A stretch of DNA of 63,443 nucleotides, filler included, from Octopus bimaculoides (taxonomy: Eukaryota): the NCBI RefSeq assembly GCF_001194135.2. It is 5 parts of 4 records of this genome, joined end to end, with 100 filler letters (N's around TTAATTAATTAA, not from the genome) between each part and the next. Parts side by side here need not be neighbours in the genome. Positions count along the whole stretch, not along the records: positions 22,623 to 38,115 come from NC_068983.1; positions 38,216 to 49,972 come from NC_068983.1; 3 more parts are not named here. One strand, 5' to 3'. The notes below the pieces were generated by a model that saw only the letters and a program-made list of their open reading frames with translations, did not search any database and was not told the origin of the DNA. Position 1 is the first letter of the stretch; the number at the start of each line of letters is the position of its first letter. Positions 28,261-41,052 of the stretch are shown piece by piece. The position numbers and the translations under genes are program-made.

Positions 28261-29503
28261 CTGTACACACGAGATACAAATATATAGGAATATATCTATG
28301 TACGCATGCGCCTGAATGTTTGTGGTTGTCCTCGCCAACAACACATGGTAATAGTTAACGGCATGTTTATATGTCCGTGGTTGAATAAAAGAAATAAATG
28401 TTTATATGTCCGTTGTCGAATAAGAGGTCCAGGCTTAATATGTAGTAATTACCGCGTCCGATTTCTTCTACTAAACTGTACTACGGCATGGTAGCAATCG
28501 AATGATTTTATATGGCTTTAAATATATTTCCATACGATTATTTCGTGGCTTTAAATACATTTTCATGGAATAATTAGTGAACATTGTTTAAGTATCAGTT
28601 TCTGAAATACACCTAAAGTTTATTTCATAAGGTATATGGCTTCAAGTTGTTTAATAAGAATGTATCTTAAAAATCTATTTAATGCAACAGATTCACGCCA
28701 TAACAATAGCTACATACGTCATGTGTATGATAAGTGCATGTCGAAATGGGTGAAAGAAAAAAAATGGAAAAGAACCTAATGTATTATAACACTTTAGAAA
28801 AGTATATTTTACCACGCGTTTGCATTACATATATTTGACTCGTGGTAATTTAAATCAGAAAATTCAAAATAAGGAGATTAAATCCACAACAAAGAAAGAG
28901 ATATAAACAATTAATTTGTTTTTATTGATTGTTTCTTTTGGTACTTGAAATATAATGAAATTTTTTCTTTCTTATTTTCTTAAAGTAAAGAATGTAGAAA
29001 GAATTACCTAATAGGGAAAAAATACTTTTTCTTTGTTTTTCTAACAACGTCTTTAAACTCATTCACTCAATTCGTGAAAGGTAATTAAATCAAAACCCAC
29101 TTTTAAAACTGAACTTTTCTATTTATTTCAGACTGTTCTTTAAAAACAATCTCACTTCATTAAAAGTATATAATAAAATAATTTGTTGTAAACTCTTGGT
29201 AAAATGCGATTCAGCGAAGATCTTAAATCCAATTAACACTTCCATACTTTATATCGATTTCTTATATTTATACAAAAGACAAAGATTTCTTGCAAGAAAT
29301 AGTCAACAACTGAATTATCAAACCACATTGTCGTATTATTGGTAATTTACTTCAGCTAAGCAGGTTGCGAGGAAAAGAAGAATGGTTAGCATTATTTAAT
29401 GTAAAGAGGAATCATGGAGGAATGGGATGCAAAACACAGAGACTTGTATTTTTGGAACTATTAGAGCTTTATTGGCGATTAAGATTCCCTCATCACCATC
29501 ATG

Positions 29504-29504
29504 T

Positions 29505-29561
<57 letters not shown>

Positions 29562-29625
29562 CAGTGGCAGCAGCAGAAGCAGCAGAAGCAGCAGCAGAAG
29601 CAGCAGAAGCAGCAGAAGCAGCAGA

Positions 29626-29687
<62 letters not shown>

Positions 29688-29720
29688 CAGTAGTTGTAGT
29701 AGTAACAGCAGCAGCAATAA
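29504..29720. repeat. Compound (TAG)n-(CAG/GAA 9-mer)-(CAG)n-(TAG)n trinucleotide repeat
   Basis: Direct reading; it accounts for the poly-S/L/Y/A pseudo-ORFs in the track. Confidence 0.95.
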
Positions 29721-32700
29721 CACCATTTTAAGGACATCCGCAGCGCAGGAATAGTAAGTTAACCGATGGCTAATGCTGCGATCTGAACTAACNNNNNNNN
29801 NNNNNNNNNNNNNNNNNNNNNNNNNNNNNNNNNNNNNNNNNNNNNNNNNNNNNNNNNNNNNNNNNNNNNNNNNNNNNNNNNNNNNNNNNNNNNNNNNNNN
29901 NNNNNNNNNNNNNNNNNNNNNNNNNNNNNNNNNNNNNNNNNNNNNNNNNNNNNNNNNNNNNNNNNNNNNNNNNNNNNNNNNNNNNNNNNNNNNNNNNNNN
30001 NNNNNNNNNNNNNNNNNNNNNNNTATATATATATATATATATCACGAAATCGGAGATGTGAAGTTGAATGTTTCATCTTGAAAGATTTTAAGAAACACAA
30101 GTAATAGGTTGTGAAATTGCAGTAATATTGTTTGGAAATATTTAGAGACATGAGTGGCAGTACTTAGGCGAGTAAATTTTGACGGCAACGTATTTTGAAA
30201 TTCCGAATTTCCCTGTCGAGTTTTACTAATTATCTGGCATATATATTTCAAGCTTTCATTTATCTTAGTGCTTCTGTGATTCATTTATGCTGCAGCATGT
30301 AGACATTCACAATTCTTCTTAGTTATACAACAACGGTACTTGAAAAATTTAGTACTTATATCGCAAGATAATTTCCCACGTAATTCAGATTTATTATGAT
30401 ACACCGTCAGTAATATTATATTCACCTAGTTCGATTTCTGATTAACTGGATAATTTTCTTTAGTCAATCTTGAACTTTTAAAGCATGTACAACTAGTTGT
30501 AGTTATATCATCGGATGCAGAATCAATTATAACAAGAATTTTACACAATTCATGCAATGTATTTTGGAATGAATACGTCTCTATATTCCTCCAAAACTTA
30601 GCAATGAAATGACCCTGACCTGCCACTTTGAAACACTCACGAAACATTTGTTCTTGTTTCTAGAATAGAAAAACAAACGTAAAGACCTCTGTGAAATAGT
30701 TTTTAAATGTTAATTCACAGAATCTAGTAGGATAAGAAAGTGAGAAAAATAATAAATGGCGTAGAGATGTTTAGATTATTTCTGGTGTGATCCATTACCT
30801 ATCACTCATACTTTAGTTAAATCTGGAAAAAAGTGTCTATATTTTGAATAGTTACAAGTCATGTATCGAATTTAGTTTGATTAGTAATTAATAAAGTTTC
30901 CGAATATGATTTACAACGAATTACTGATGAGATACAATACTGGGAATCGCATTATCGTCTGGTGACACTCAACAAAGTATGAGACCGCTGTCTCTAATTT
31001 GTTGTAGGTGAGATGTGGAAAAAGGTATTTGTATATGCTAATATGTATATCATCCTAGGCTAGAGACATAATTCAATAAAATCATATAAAACATATTCAT
31101 GTGGTGTTTAAATATCCTGTTTTAGCATTTCATATTTTCCGTTTCTATTCTCCAACAATTATTTACAACCGATCCGGTTATAAAATCTATAAAACTATTC
31201 ATGGCATATTTTGGAAAGATTGACCTTATCTGATTTCATTGCATATTAATTCATAAGAGAAAAGTTGCTTCCAATGTGCATACTTTGATTTTTCGACAAG
31301 AGGAAACTCATTAAAATTATCTGAAACTAATAGGATATATATTTAAATGAAGTATGGTAAAATGTTACTTCCCTTTGAAAATATATATTTGAAATATCTA
31401 CTGAATGGATTATTAAAAAAATATTCATTATTGATTTTGGTTTGATGAAATATTTGTGAGAATGTTAGGAAAACTAATGGATACATTTCGAAATAATATT
31501 TTTTTACTTGCTGAGTAAATAATTATCCTTTGCTTGGCAGAAACATGAGCAGTAACAGAGACAAACACGAGGAATAAATATCGTACGTTATTGATTTCAG
31601 TACATGTACAGTCTGAGATCTCAGTACAAGCTGAATTCGATATGGCTCAAGTATAAAATTATCTTCTGTAGTTATGTTTGCCCTTATGGTTGACATTTCA
31701 TCGCTTGATAATTCTTGTGAGTATGGTTGTGTGTAGTGTTGCGCATTTACCTACGAGTTTATTACGTATTGCTTGCGAAATTCATTAGCCTTTGGTTACC
31801 TACTTAAGGTTACTTACCTAGCATTTATATCCAAGATCAAACCATCCCAAAGCTGAGCAAGGAAGTATCTGCAGTCAAATACTAGGATTTCTTTTAACCC
31901 TGTATATGGTTATTGACACATGAGTACTCCGCCATAGGTATAGAATGTATATAGACATTCTCTTTGCAGTCAACCTTTTTGACGCGTAAAATTGTTATAA
32001 GCCATAACCAACAACATTATGGTTTACCATTTGCATAATAAATAAGACATATACAGATATTTATTCATAAGCCCTGTTCAATTTTTCTTATTTTTCAAAG
32101 AAAAATATTATTCGGTTCCTTAATTTAAAAGCTGTAGTCGAAGCATTGCTTCATTTTCCGTTTAGTTCTATTGCTTTTTGTTACTTTATATTCTTCTACA
32201 CTGATTCAATTCATATTATCAGTACCACATATTACGTAAAATCTCTGTAAAATTAATCACAAAAAAAGAGGTTTCGTCATCAAAGATGAAGCTATTCTCT
32301 GTACAAAGAACTGATGAGTGTGGATTATTTAGTCATACATCTTTAATAGCAATACAAGTTAAATAACAGTTCCTAATTTCAAAGCACATGACATCAGTGA
32401 AGGAGTACAGTACTTTACGATAATTTCATAGTACCTTAATAATGTACGAATCAGAAAACGAAAGAATCTAGCGGAATAGATTGACAAAAGGGACGTTCAG
32501 TTCATTTAACTTTAATTTAACGTTCAGTTCATTTACGCTGAAGTGTTGGTCTCAAATAAGACAAAGCTATATATGATAACCTGTATATATTAAGTTAAAA
32601 TCACTTTGGATAAATAAAAACAAATACGAAGGGAATTTCTCTATACATTCCAGAAACTCTCTTCTTACAAGCCATAATTGTACGTTTTTCACAACACAGA

Positions 32701-33049
32701 TTGAAAAATTATATATATATATATATATATATTACTTCGACCAAAGACGATCTGACAGAAAGTATTATAGTTGTAAAGCTATTCATACAGACGGCAAGTA
32801 GCGCGATAGTGGACTCTCACTGCTCGATGAAACGCGACACTCTATACTGAACCGGGAAACTCAAGTGAACCAAATACGATTTAGCTTTGTAATGTATATC
32901 TAATAATGATAAATATATAAATATATGCATAGACACACGCATACTTAAGCACGTATCTGCTTATGCGTTTTTGTGCGTATACACACACACACGCACGTAC
33001 ATATATGAAAATGTGTATGTGTGTGAGTCTTTGTATGAGTAGTTGACCC

Positions 33050-33235
33050 CACTGCTTCGCAATTAATGTTAGTGTGTTAAGTCCTCGTAATTTGGTTCGT
33101 ATGCAAAAGAGATCAGTAAAATAAGTACTAGCTTCTAAAAATAAAATACAGAATGGGGTCGATTCGCTCGATTAAAAGTCCTTGCGGCGGTATCTCCGTA
33201 TGTCCGCAGTATAATGACTCATCCAAATAGGAGAT
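33050..33235 (+). mobile_element. SINE family B tail module
   Basis: GCAAAAGAGATCAGTAAAATAAGTACTAG...GGGGTCGATTCGCTCGATTAAA. Confidence 0.65.
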
Positions 33236-33256
33236 AATACCATATATATGTATATG

Positions 33257-33296
<40 letters not shown>

Positions 33297-33459
33297 TTGC
33301 ATTCAACACACGCAAAGCGCAACATCACGTACTGCTCAGCCAGGAAAATTTGTACTACAGTCGAAGATCCATATATCAGAAACACACAACTCAGAGGATT
33401 TCTGCTTAAGTAATATTGCCCTCTCCTACTTAGAGAAAATAGCATACAACGAGGAAAAG

Positions 33460-34330
33460 TGAAACCTTCCGAACGACTTAAAGCAACAAGAAAAATACGA
33501 ACCTAATAAGACACAATCCGCATCACCGAAACATTTTGAACAATATCAAGACAAATTTGGCAAGCATAACACAAGGCTAAAAATAAAAAAAAAAACATAC
33601 CTAATTAGACACTTATCTTAAGTGACCGCATAGCCTAAAGAACTATTAAGAAATACAAAATTCAACAGGAACAGGAAAAAAACATTCACAGTATCGAAGT
33701 GTAACGATAACAGATGTGGAACGTGCATACATGTAGATGCATTAGAACAAAAAAAATGGACAGATTATCTCAAGATATGAACTGCAAAAGCAGAAATGTT
33801 ATCTACTGCATTTAATGCCCGAATTGCGAGGAATTATATATAGGCGACACATGGAATGCATTATTGGAACGCTCACAAATCCACAGACAACAAATCCGGA
33901 ACACCAATGTTCGCCAAATTCCATTGAGCAAACATATGGAGACTCGTAGTCTGGAAACGTTTCTAATTTTTCCTGTCCACAAAGTACATGACACAAGTGA
34001 GGTAGGAAGAAAGATAACAGGAAAATGATTTATTAGAATGTACAAGCCTTTCCTGACGGAAATGACAGAAATAATATAACAGCCAGTTAATGATGGAGAT
34101 TAAAAAACATACCTGTAGCGATATTTAAGTTGCATACGGATTGGTCAAAACGTTATCCTTTTTGATTGGTCAAAAAGTTATATAAGAATTCAGCTTGCTG
34201 AAGCGTTCCGAGAAATACTAAAGTTGTCGAGAAGTCAACTGTCAATTAAACACATTTGAAATTTGATGAATACACTATGTATGAAAGCGCTAATTTAAAT
34301 TCATAAGCATTAAAATATATAGTTTTTTTA
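33460..34330 (+). mobile_element. Penelope-like element fossil: linker, GIY-YIG endonuclease and 3' UTR
   Basis: Manual translation gives HNPHHRNILNNI, KCNDNRCGTC and NCKSRNVIYCI*CPNCEELYIGDT...ERSQIHRQQI...SKH...FIRMYKPFL. This is the CCHH-type GIY-YIG signature of PLEs, with stops. Confidence 0.9.
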
Positions 34331-34817
34331 TTATTAAAATACTATAATGAAAAAACGTGAATACCACACTATGCCTTAACATTATTCAACTACTATATGC
34401 ACACACAAATATACACACACATATATATATACATACATACACATATATATACATATATATNNNNNNNNNNNNNNNNNNNNNNNNNNNNNNNNNNNNNNNN
34501 NNNNNNNNNNNNNNNNNNNNNNNNNNNNNNNNNNNNNNNNNNNNNNNNNNNNNNNNNNNNNNNNNNNNNNNNNNNNNNNNNNNNNNNNNNNNNNNNNNNN
34601 NNNNNNNNNNNNNNNNNNNNNNNNNNNNNNNNNNNNNNNNNNNNNNNNNNNNNNNNNNNNNNNNNNNNNNNNNNNNNNNNNNNNNNNNNNNNNNNNNNNN
34701 NNNNNNNNNNNNNNNNNNNNNNNNNNNNNNNNNNNNNNNNNNNNNNNNNNNNNNNNNNNNNNNNNNNNNNNNNNNNNNNNNNNNNNNNNNNNNNNNNNNN
34801 NNNNNNNNNNNNNNNNN

Positions 34818-34848
<31 letters not shown>

Positions 34849-34849
34849 C

Positions 34850-35400
34850 TTGGGGAAATAACTCGGACATGCACGTGCTACCAGTCGAGAACTCCGCATA
34901 CCGGAAGCCAGGAAGTGTATGGAGTCATCAGGAGAGAATGCGCACCGTTTCGGGGCCTACCTCTCGACGGCATCAATGCGCACCGCCCCCCACTCACTGA
35001 TATGAGGCCCCGCTTGATAGATCAACTGGTTATTAAAAACAAAGCTCAATATTTCTCTAGCTATCTCTCATCGTCTCTTTTTAATCAAATCCAGTGGCTA
35101 GCCTTCTCCACTGTATTTTGTATATCACTCATGGTGGTATTTACCTTACGAGGAGTTAGGCCTAGCGATAACAACAGTCGTCTCACACTGTGTCCTACAA
35201 ACCCTCTACATCCAACTTCGATTGGAAAATACTCCGCTTTCCAGCCTGCGTCTTCACATTTCTCGAGAAGGTTTACATTACGGTCAATATATCGAGCCCG
35301 TGCGGCGTCCATATTATCTTAATGAGGAACAGTTAACTCGATTAGATTTACAACTTTCCTTCTTTCACAACTTTCTTTCTTTTTTCAGCACATCACAGTC
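34850..35400 (-). mobile_element. HERO-like RLE non-LTR retrotransposon 3' end
   Basis: RKVVNLIELTVPH*DNMDAARAR...CEDAGWKAEYFPIEVGCRGFVGHS...EKASHWI*LKRDDER*LEK: a restriction-like endonuclease domain (ELTVP, PIEVGCRGF), followed by a structured 3' UTR. Confidence 0.85.
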
Positions 35401-35463
35401 ACTATCACTTCATACTAAAACTCTTCGCCAATGGATATAATAATCGATTCCTTTACTATTTCT

Positions 35464-35512
35464 GTCTCCGATGAAGGGAAGTACTGGATCTTCCCAATAA
35501 CAGCTGTAAGAC
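35464..35512 (+). ncRNA. Degenerate hammerhead, same family as 13995-14042
   Basis: GTCT-CCGATGA-AGGGAAG..CTTCCC-AATAA-CAGCTG-TA-AGAC. Stem I and stem III are identical to the 14 kb copy, stem II differs in sequence but still pairs, and the core is mutated. Confidence 0.6.
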
Positions 35513-36654
35513 TCTATCCATAAAATTATATTTCCAACCTTACCATTGCTCTCTTTATCCTTTATATATATATATATATATATATATATNNNNNNNNNNN
35601 NNNNNNNNNNNNNNNNNNNNNNNNNNNNNNNNNNNNNNNNNNNNNNNNNNNNNNNNNNNNNNNNNNNNNNNNNNNNNNNNNNNNNNNNNNNNNNNNNNNN
35701 NNNNNNNNNNNNNNNNNNNNNNNNNNNNNNNNNNNNNNNNNNNNNNNNNNNNNNNNNNNNNNNNNNNNNNNNNNNNNNNNNNNNNNNNNNNNNNNNNNNN
35801 NNNNNNNNNNNNNNNNNNNNNNNNNNNNNNNNNNNNNNNNNNNNNNNNNNNNNNNNNNNNNNNNNNNNNNNNNNNNNNNNNNNNNNNNNNNNNNNNNNNN
35901 NNNNNNNNNNNNNNNNNNNNNNNNNNNNNNNNNNNNNNNNNNNNNNNNNNNNNNNNNNNNNNNNNNNNNNNNNNNNNNNNNGATAGATAGGTAGATAGAT
36001 AGATAGATAGATAGAAAGCTTCAAAATTGAAATAAATTATCTTTTAAAAATCAATGAGAAAGCGCCATACTCTCCAGAAAGCATAGTGTCCAACTTGTAA
36101 TTGTACAAATGCCGCGACTGTTATTATTTCTTTTGTTATTATATTTGCTTTGTTCTTCGTCCGTGTTTACATAAAGTAAGAGATGCATGCCTTTGAGAAT
36201 GTTTACTCTTCTTTCTAGGAAATAGATGCATATTTTACTATGACCTTTGATATATATTTTGCATATTTTGCCTATTTGTTTATGTTTGATGGCCCCTTTA
36301 TCATTATTTTTTTTTTTAAAGACCATAGGAATTTATTTGAAATGTGTGTTTAAACTTGTTCGCTAAAGTTCGTTTGCAAGACGAGGGGCCTACAGCTGAA
36401 CAGACGCGCATGGAACTGCCGATATATATATCAAAATAACTAGCTGAAGAGCTTTAAGTGCCTTTGGCACAGAAAACGAAATCAGTTGGTAAAGTGATAA
36501 CAGCTCGCTTATTGGTGGCCTTAAAAATGGGACGACTGTTTTCTTAAGTATATTTACTACATTCTCCATGCGTGTGCACACATAGTTAAAGGAGTATGAC
36601 TTCTGAGAGTTTTGACTCTTGTTTCTAGCAAACAGGTGCATATTGAACCTTGAT

Positions 36655-36870
36655 TTTATATGGAGTTACTATGTGGTATGTAGCTTGTTTACCAACTATA
36701 TGGCTTCAGGTTCAGTCCCATTGCGTGGCACCTTGGCAAATTTCTATAAAGGCCCGGGCCGACCAAAGCCTTGTGAGTGGATTTGGTAGAGGGAAACTGC
36801 AAGAAACCCGTCGTATATATGTGTGTGTGTGTATGTGTGTGTATGTCTGTCTGTGTCTGTGTTTGTCACC
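36655..36870 (+). mobile_element. SINE family B (CORE-like)
   Basis: GGTTCAGTCCCATTGCGTGGCACCTTGGCAA...GGGCCGACCAAAGCCTTGTGAGTGGATTTGGTAG. Confidence 0.85.
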
Positions 36871-36880
36871 GCGCCATATG

Positions 36881-36969
<89 letters not shown>

Positions 36970-38530
36970 GTATATATGTATGGATATATACATGTGTGTG
37001 TATGTATATATACACAACATGCATATATTCATATATGAACATATATGTCTAAATAAATGTGTACACACACACAAAGAAGCATTTACGATATAGTGAAGCC
37101 ATAGCAGGGTATTTTAATATGATTCAGTATCCATGGACAATATACACGAAATACTACTGTGAATATTTAAAATACACTGCTTATAATCATGTTTGAATTT
37201 CTGGTGTTGTTGAACTGTCAAAGCCCTGCTATAACATCCGGATTTCTATTTTCCGATCTTGTAGTACAGAACATCAGGTATTATTTAATGATGTATCTTT
37301 TGGGTACTGTTATAATACCTATCTATAAAGTTGGCAGCATAATAATACTGCAACACTTACCAATTTGAAATACCGTATCATCATATGACCGACGCTTCGA
37401 CATGAATTTGTTTCTGCAGATCCACTACGCACAGAGACACTTAAATCCAATGACAAGTACGGAACTGCTTCTTGACAGGGCAAATAATTTTCGGCTTTTT
37501 GTCAATATTCATCAACTAGGTTACGTTTCTGTTTTATTCACGTGCGGTTTTTTCTGTCTGTAAAATATCATATCTAACAAAATTGCCTATTGGTGCGAGG
37601 CTTATACGAAATATAACGTACAATTTCATTTATATGATATATGATATTTGATGTATTTCTACAGCCAATTAAAAATGGACTGCTATTGTTCTGCGTAGAC
37701 AAGACTAATTTAATATATAGTACAATCGACAAAACTTGCAATGAGGAGATAGAATTCCAAAGATTTATATTATGTTCTTCAATAAATATTTAGTAGGTGT
37801 GTGATTAAAGAGACAGTAAATAGACTCGAAATACATATATTTATGAGTGCATACATCACACACACGCATACACACACATGCACGCAAACACTCACACACA
37901 TTCACACGCATACATATAAACATATACATATATACATATATATATACACATATGTGAACAGGGATTAATCTTCTATCTTCGCTCCTTTGCGCCACATGGG
38001 CTCAACTCCCCTCCACTCTTCATCTAACCCCCTCCTCCTGTCTCTCTCCCCCACCCTCCATCCTACCACCCATCTCTCCCCTCCCCCACCTCCTGCTCCG
38101 ATTCCTACTTCTTTGNNNNNNNNNNNNNNNNNNNNNNNNNNNNNNNNNNNNNNNNNNNNTTAATTAATTAANNNNNNNNNNNNNNNNNNNNNNNNNNNNN
38201 NNNNNNNNNNNNNNNGATTACCCTGCTATGTATAATCAGGGCAGCGCAAAAAGTTGTTTTGCACAAGCATTTCTATAGCCAATTACACGGATGAAATTTA
38301 CGTATGCTTAATAATTTTACGCAAAACAGCTTTCAGACTTTCCCTATTAATTTCATCGTCTTTTGAATTATGAACATATTTACATCATAAGGGTTTTTTC
38401 GTTGTAAGGCTTTCTTTTTTAGTTGATTTTCAGCTAGCAAGACTTATCGTAGATGGCGTAATAAGTCACACCCGGACAAGGTCGGGTTATACTGCTAGTA
38501 TATATATATATATATGTATTTGTATATGTA

Positions 38531-38620
38531 TATATATGTAAGTATTTGTCTCCCCACCATCGTTTGACAACCAGCATTGGTTGTCAAACGATGGTGGGGA
38601 GACAAATACATACATATATA
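38531..38620. repeat. Perfect hairpin with 32-bp arms and 4-nt loop, derived from the SINE B middle segment
   Basis: 38542-38573 is the exact reverse complement of 38578-38609; loop GCAT. Confidence 0.95.
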
Positions 38621-40230
38621 AAGTGAGACAAATACAATACACAACTAGAGAGAAGAAGAAAATGCCAGGCCACAAGCATAGGCTAACTCACGCCCTTTGT
38701 GCCAATGCGAGTGGCCGCTCCTTGTCTATCATTCCGAAAACCCACAAGTGTTCAAGTCGCACAAAATCCTTAAGGAGAAGTTGCATATCATGTGGAGGGA
38801 AAGCGTTAAAGCTTGGGTCACCAGGCAATTCTTCTCCGAGTGCTCTTGTTTCATAATGCAATTTTTATTGTATTTTGAATGACGATAGATATAGAAACAA
38901 TTGTAGACTTATATAATTGACAAAATGTAAATAAATTGATTATACTCTGTTCAGACTCTCCATTTTCTTTTATTTATGATATATATTGTTATGTATACCT
39001 GTAAGATAATGAAGGGTGAGAACTTACCCTATATTTTCCGAAGGTGACGAGATAAACGTTTGTCAACGACCGTTTGGCAAAACGACCGTTTTGGCAGAAA
39101 TAACGTTGGTATGAATAACCAAATATATATACAGGAAGTTAGCATTGTACGAGACCGGTAATCTCGTTCACTTCCTGTTAACAAGCAAGGCAGGTAATCT
39201 CGTACTTCTTGTTAAAAAGGGGAGTGGGGAAGACAGCTGGAGCTTGGCGCGGATAGAACCAGAACGAGACGGAGCTGCATACGGGTCGGACCGTTCACCA
39301 CCTACCTTGAAACCATTGAGACTGGACATAATTTCCATATATGAACATTTACTTCCCTGTTTGAACACTTTGTTGTTGCGATCAGAAATTTAACCCCTTT
39401 TTCTTACATTATTAATTTGTCTGATCGTAACAATATGTATATAATGTCGAACCATTGAAACAGAGGCAATATTTAATTTTCCCACATTTAGACGAAAACG
39501 TCAGACATTGCATTCTTGAAACGTTCTCATGATTTCATAATTTTTAAATAAGTAATTCGCTAACAAATGAAAATTATTAAATTTCATTTATGTTAGTACG
39601 CGTTGATTAAAAATGTTCATATGATTATTTGAGTGTTTGGGCTTTTGGCTTTGTATCTATAGTTGTCTTCGTGGTGTAATTATTTGTTATTATGAGTCTG
39701 TATGTAACAGACGCAGCTACCCTGTACGTTTATTCATAAGTCAGTACGTAAATGAATGTTTATACATGGTGGTCATCAACTCGTAGATGAGTATGACCAC
39801 CACTAACAAATTATCTTATTTAGATGCTTAAAGGCAACGGCTGTCAGCAATACCCGTGCTGAAATTTAAAGACTTGTACAATACTGTTAAGACTTTCACC
39901 TACAAAGCCAAGTAATTCAGTAACAAGCAAGAGCCAGGTCTCCCGCTTTGCAATGAGACGCATCTTATTTCGTTCGAAATTTCCATCTGCCAAAAAATAC
40001 AAAGACTAAGGGGTGGGGGTCTCTCATTCCCTGCTGTTGGGTGGCCGTTGACTCTATTGAATTTATCCGTCCTTTGACACGTTTTGTTTTTCACCCCGCA
40101 GAGTGTCCAGCGAAAACTGCCCTTCCTACGAAGCATGCTTAGTAGAATTGCCAGTTTAGTCACCTACGGCCCAATCATGCTACAGGCTACATACATACAT
40201 ACATACATACATACAGACATACATACATAG

Positions 40231-40560
40231 GATAACTATGGAGAACTTCTTCGAAACCTCCAGCTTCAATGTCCAGATTATAAATTCACATTTATACCAA
40301 TAATAATTGGTGCACTTGGTTTTGTGAGTAAATGTCTAAGTGACTCATTGGATAAGCTAAAGTATTCAGAAAAGAAAACCCCACAACTCGCACATTACAA
40401 ACGTATTTTGTAAGTGGAACAGTAAAAATACGCAACACTTTACTCAAGTTTAAAATGTAACATAGGCTTTGTTATCTACACTCCAACAAGGGAGCTTTGT
40501 ATCTTCTTCAGAGGAAGAATTTAAATAATTAAAAACAGAAGAGAACATGCATGCGTGGGA
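40231..40560 (+). mobile_element. RLE non-LTR retrotransposon C-terminus (R4/Dong/NeSL-like), 5'-truncated at a (TACA)n tract
   Basis: DNYGELLRNLQLQCPDYKFTFIPIIIGALGFVSKCL..., then after a frameshift SGTVKI...KFKM*. The PIIIGALG motif is present. Confidence 0.75.
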
Positions 40561-40603
40561 GATAGACAAGCGTGCCTGCGTATATACAGACTGATAGGCA
40601 GAT

Positions 40604-40822
40604 TATGAGAAGGTGCTGAAAACTCCCTGGCTTTGGGTAAAAGAAAATACAGGAGGATCAGTTATTTATGATTTTATTGAACATATTCCCCTCAGATTCA
40701 CACACTTATTGCAGCGGTCCCTCAGTTTTTCTAAGCCCTGTAAAAGAACTTGGAAGGTTGGACCTCCAGCCAGGCCTTTCGCGACACCCTTAAGGCCAGG
40801 AACTTTTCAGCGCACCCTCGAA
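40604..40822. mobile_element. Mariner-derived MITE
   Basis: TATGAGAAGGTGCTGAAAACTCCCTGGCTTT at the left end and AAGGCCAGGAACTTTTCAGCGCACCCTCG at the right end form imperfect TIRs, with TA at the left end. Confidence 0.75.
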
Positions 40823-40879
40823 TATACAGTAATAAACAAGTTGACTTCTGCAGGTTTAAAAAGAAAACATCAGTGTTAC

Positions 40880-41025
40880 TTGAGTTGCGTGTTCCACGAC
40901 TCACTTCAATTTTCCACAGAAATATGCCCTACATTGTGAACGGACGAAGTTACTCACATGGTTTCAGAATACGTTCTGCAGCACAGCTTTTTGGACTACT
41001 ATCTTCTACTATAGCTCCAGGCCGA
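40880..41025 (-). mobile_element. SINE family B fragment, diverged
   Basis: CTTCTACTATAGCTCCAGGCCGACCAA matches the reverse complement of the family B core. Confidence 0.55.
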
Positions 41026-41052
41026 CCAATGCCCGGTGAGTTAATTTGATTG

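Noticed and set aside
29365-29754. Poly-Ser/Leu/Tyr/Ala proteins
   Set aside because: These are translations of a triplet microsatellite with no coding context or splice support.
30920-30970. CTGATGA-GAT...ATC-GCAT-TATCG-TC motif
   Set aside because: The core GAAA is absent and stem I does not pair; it may be a very old copy, but the call is unsupported.
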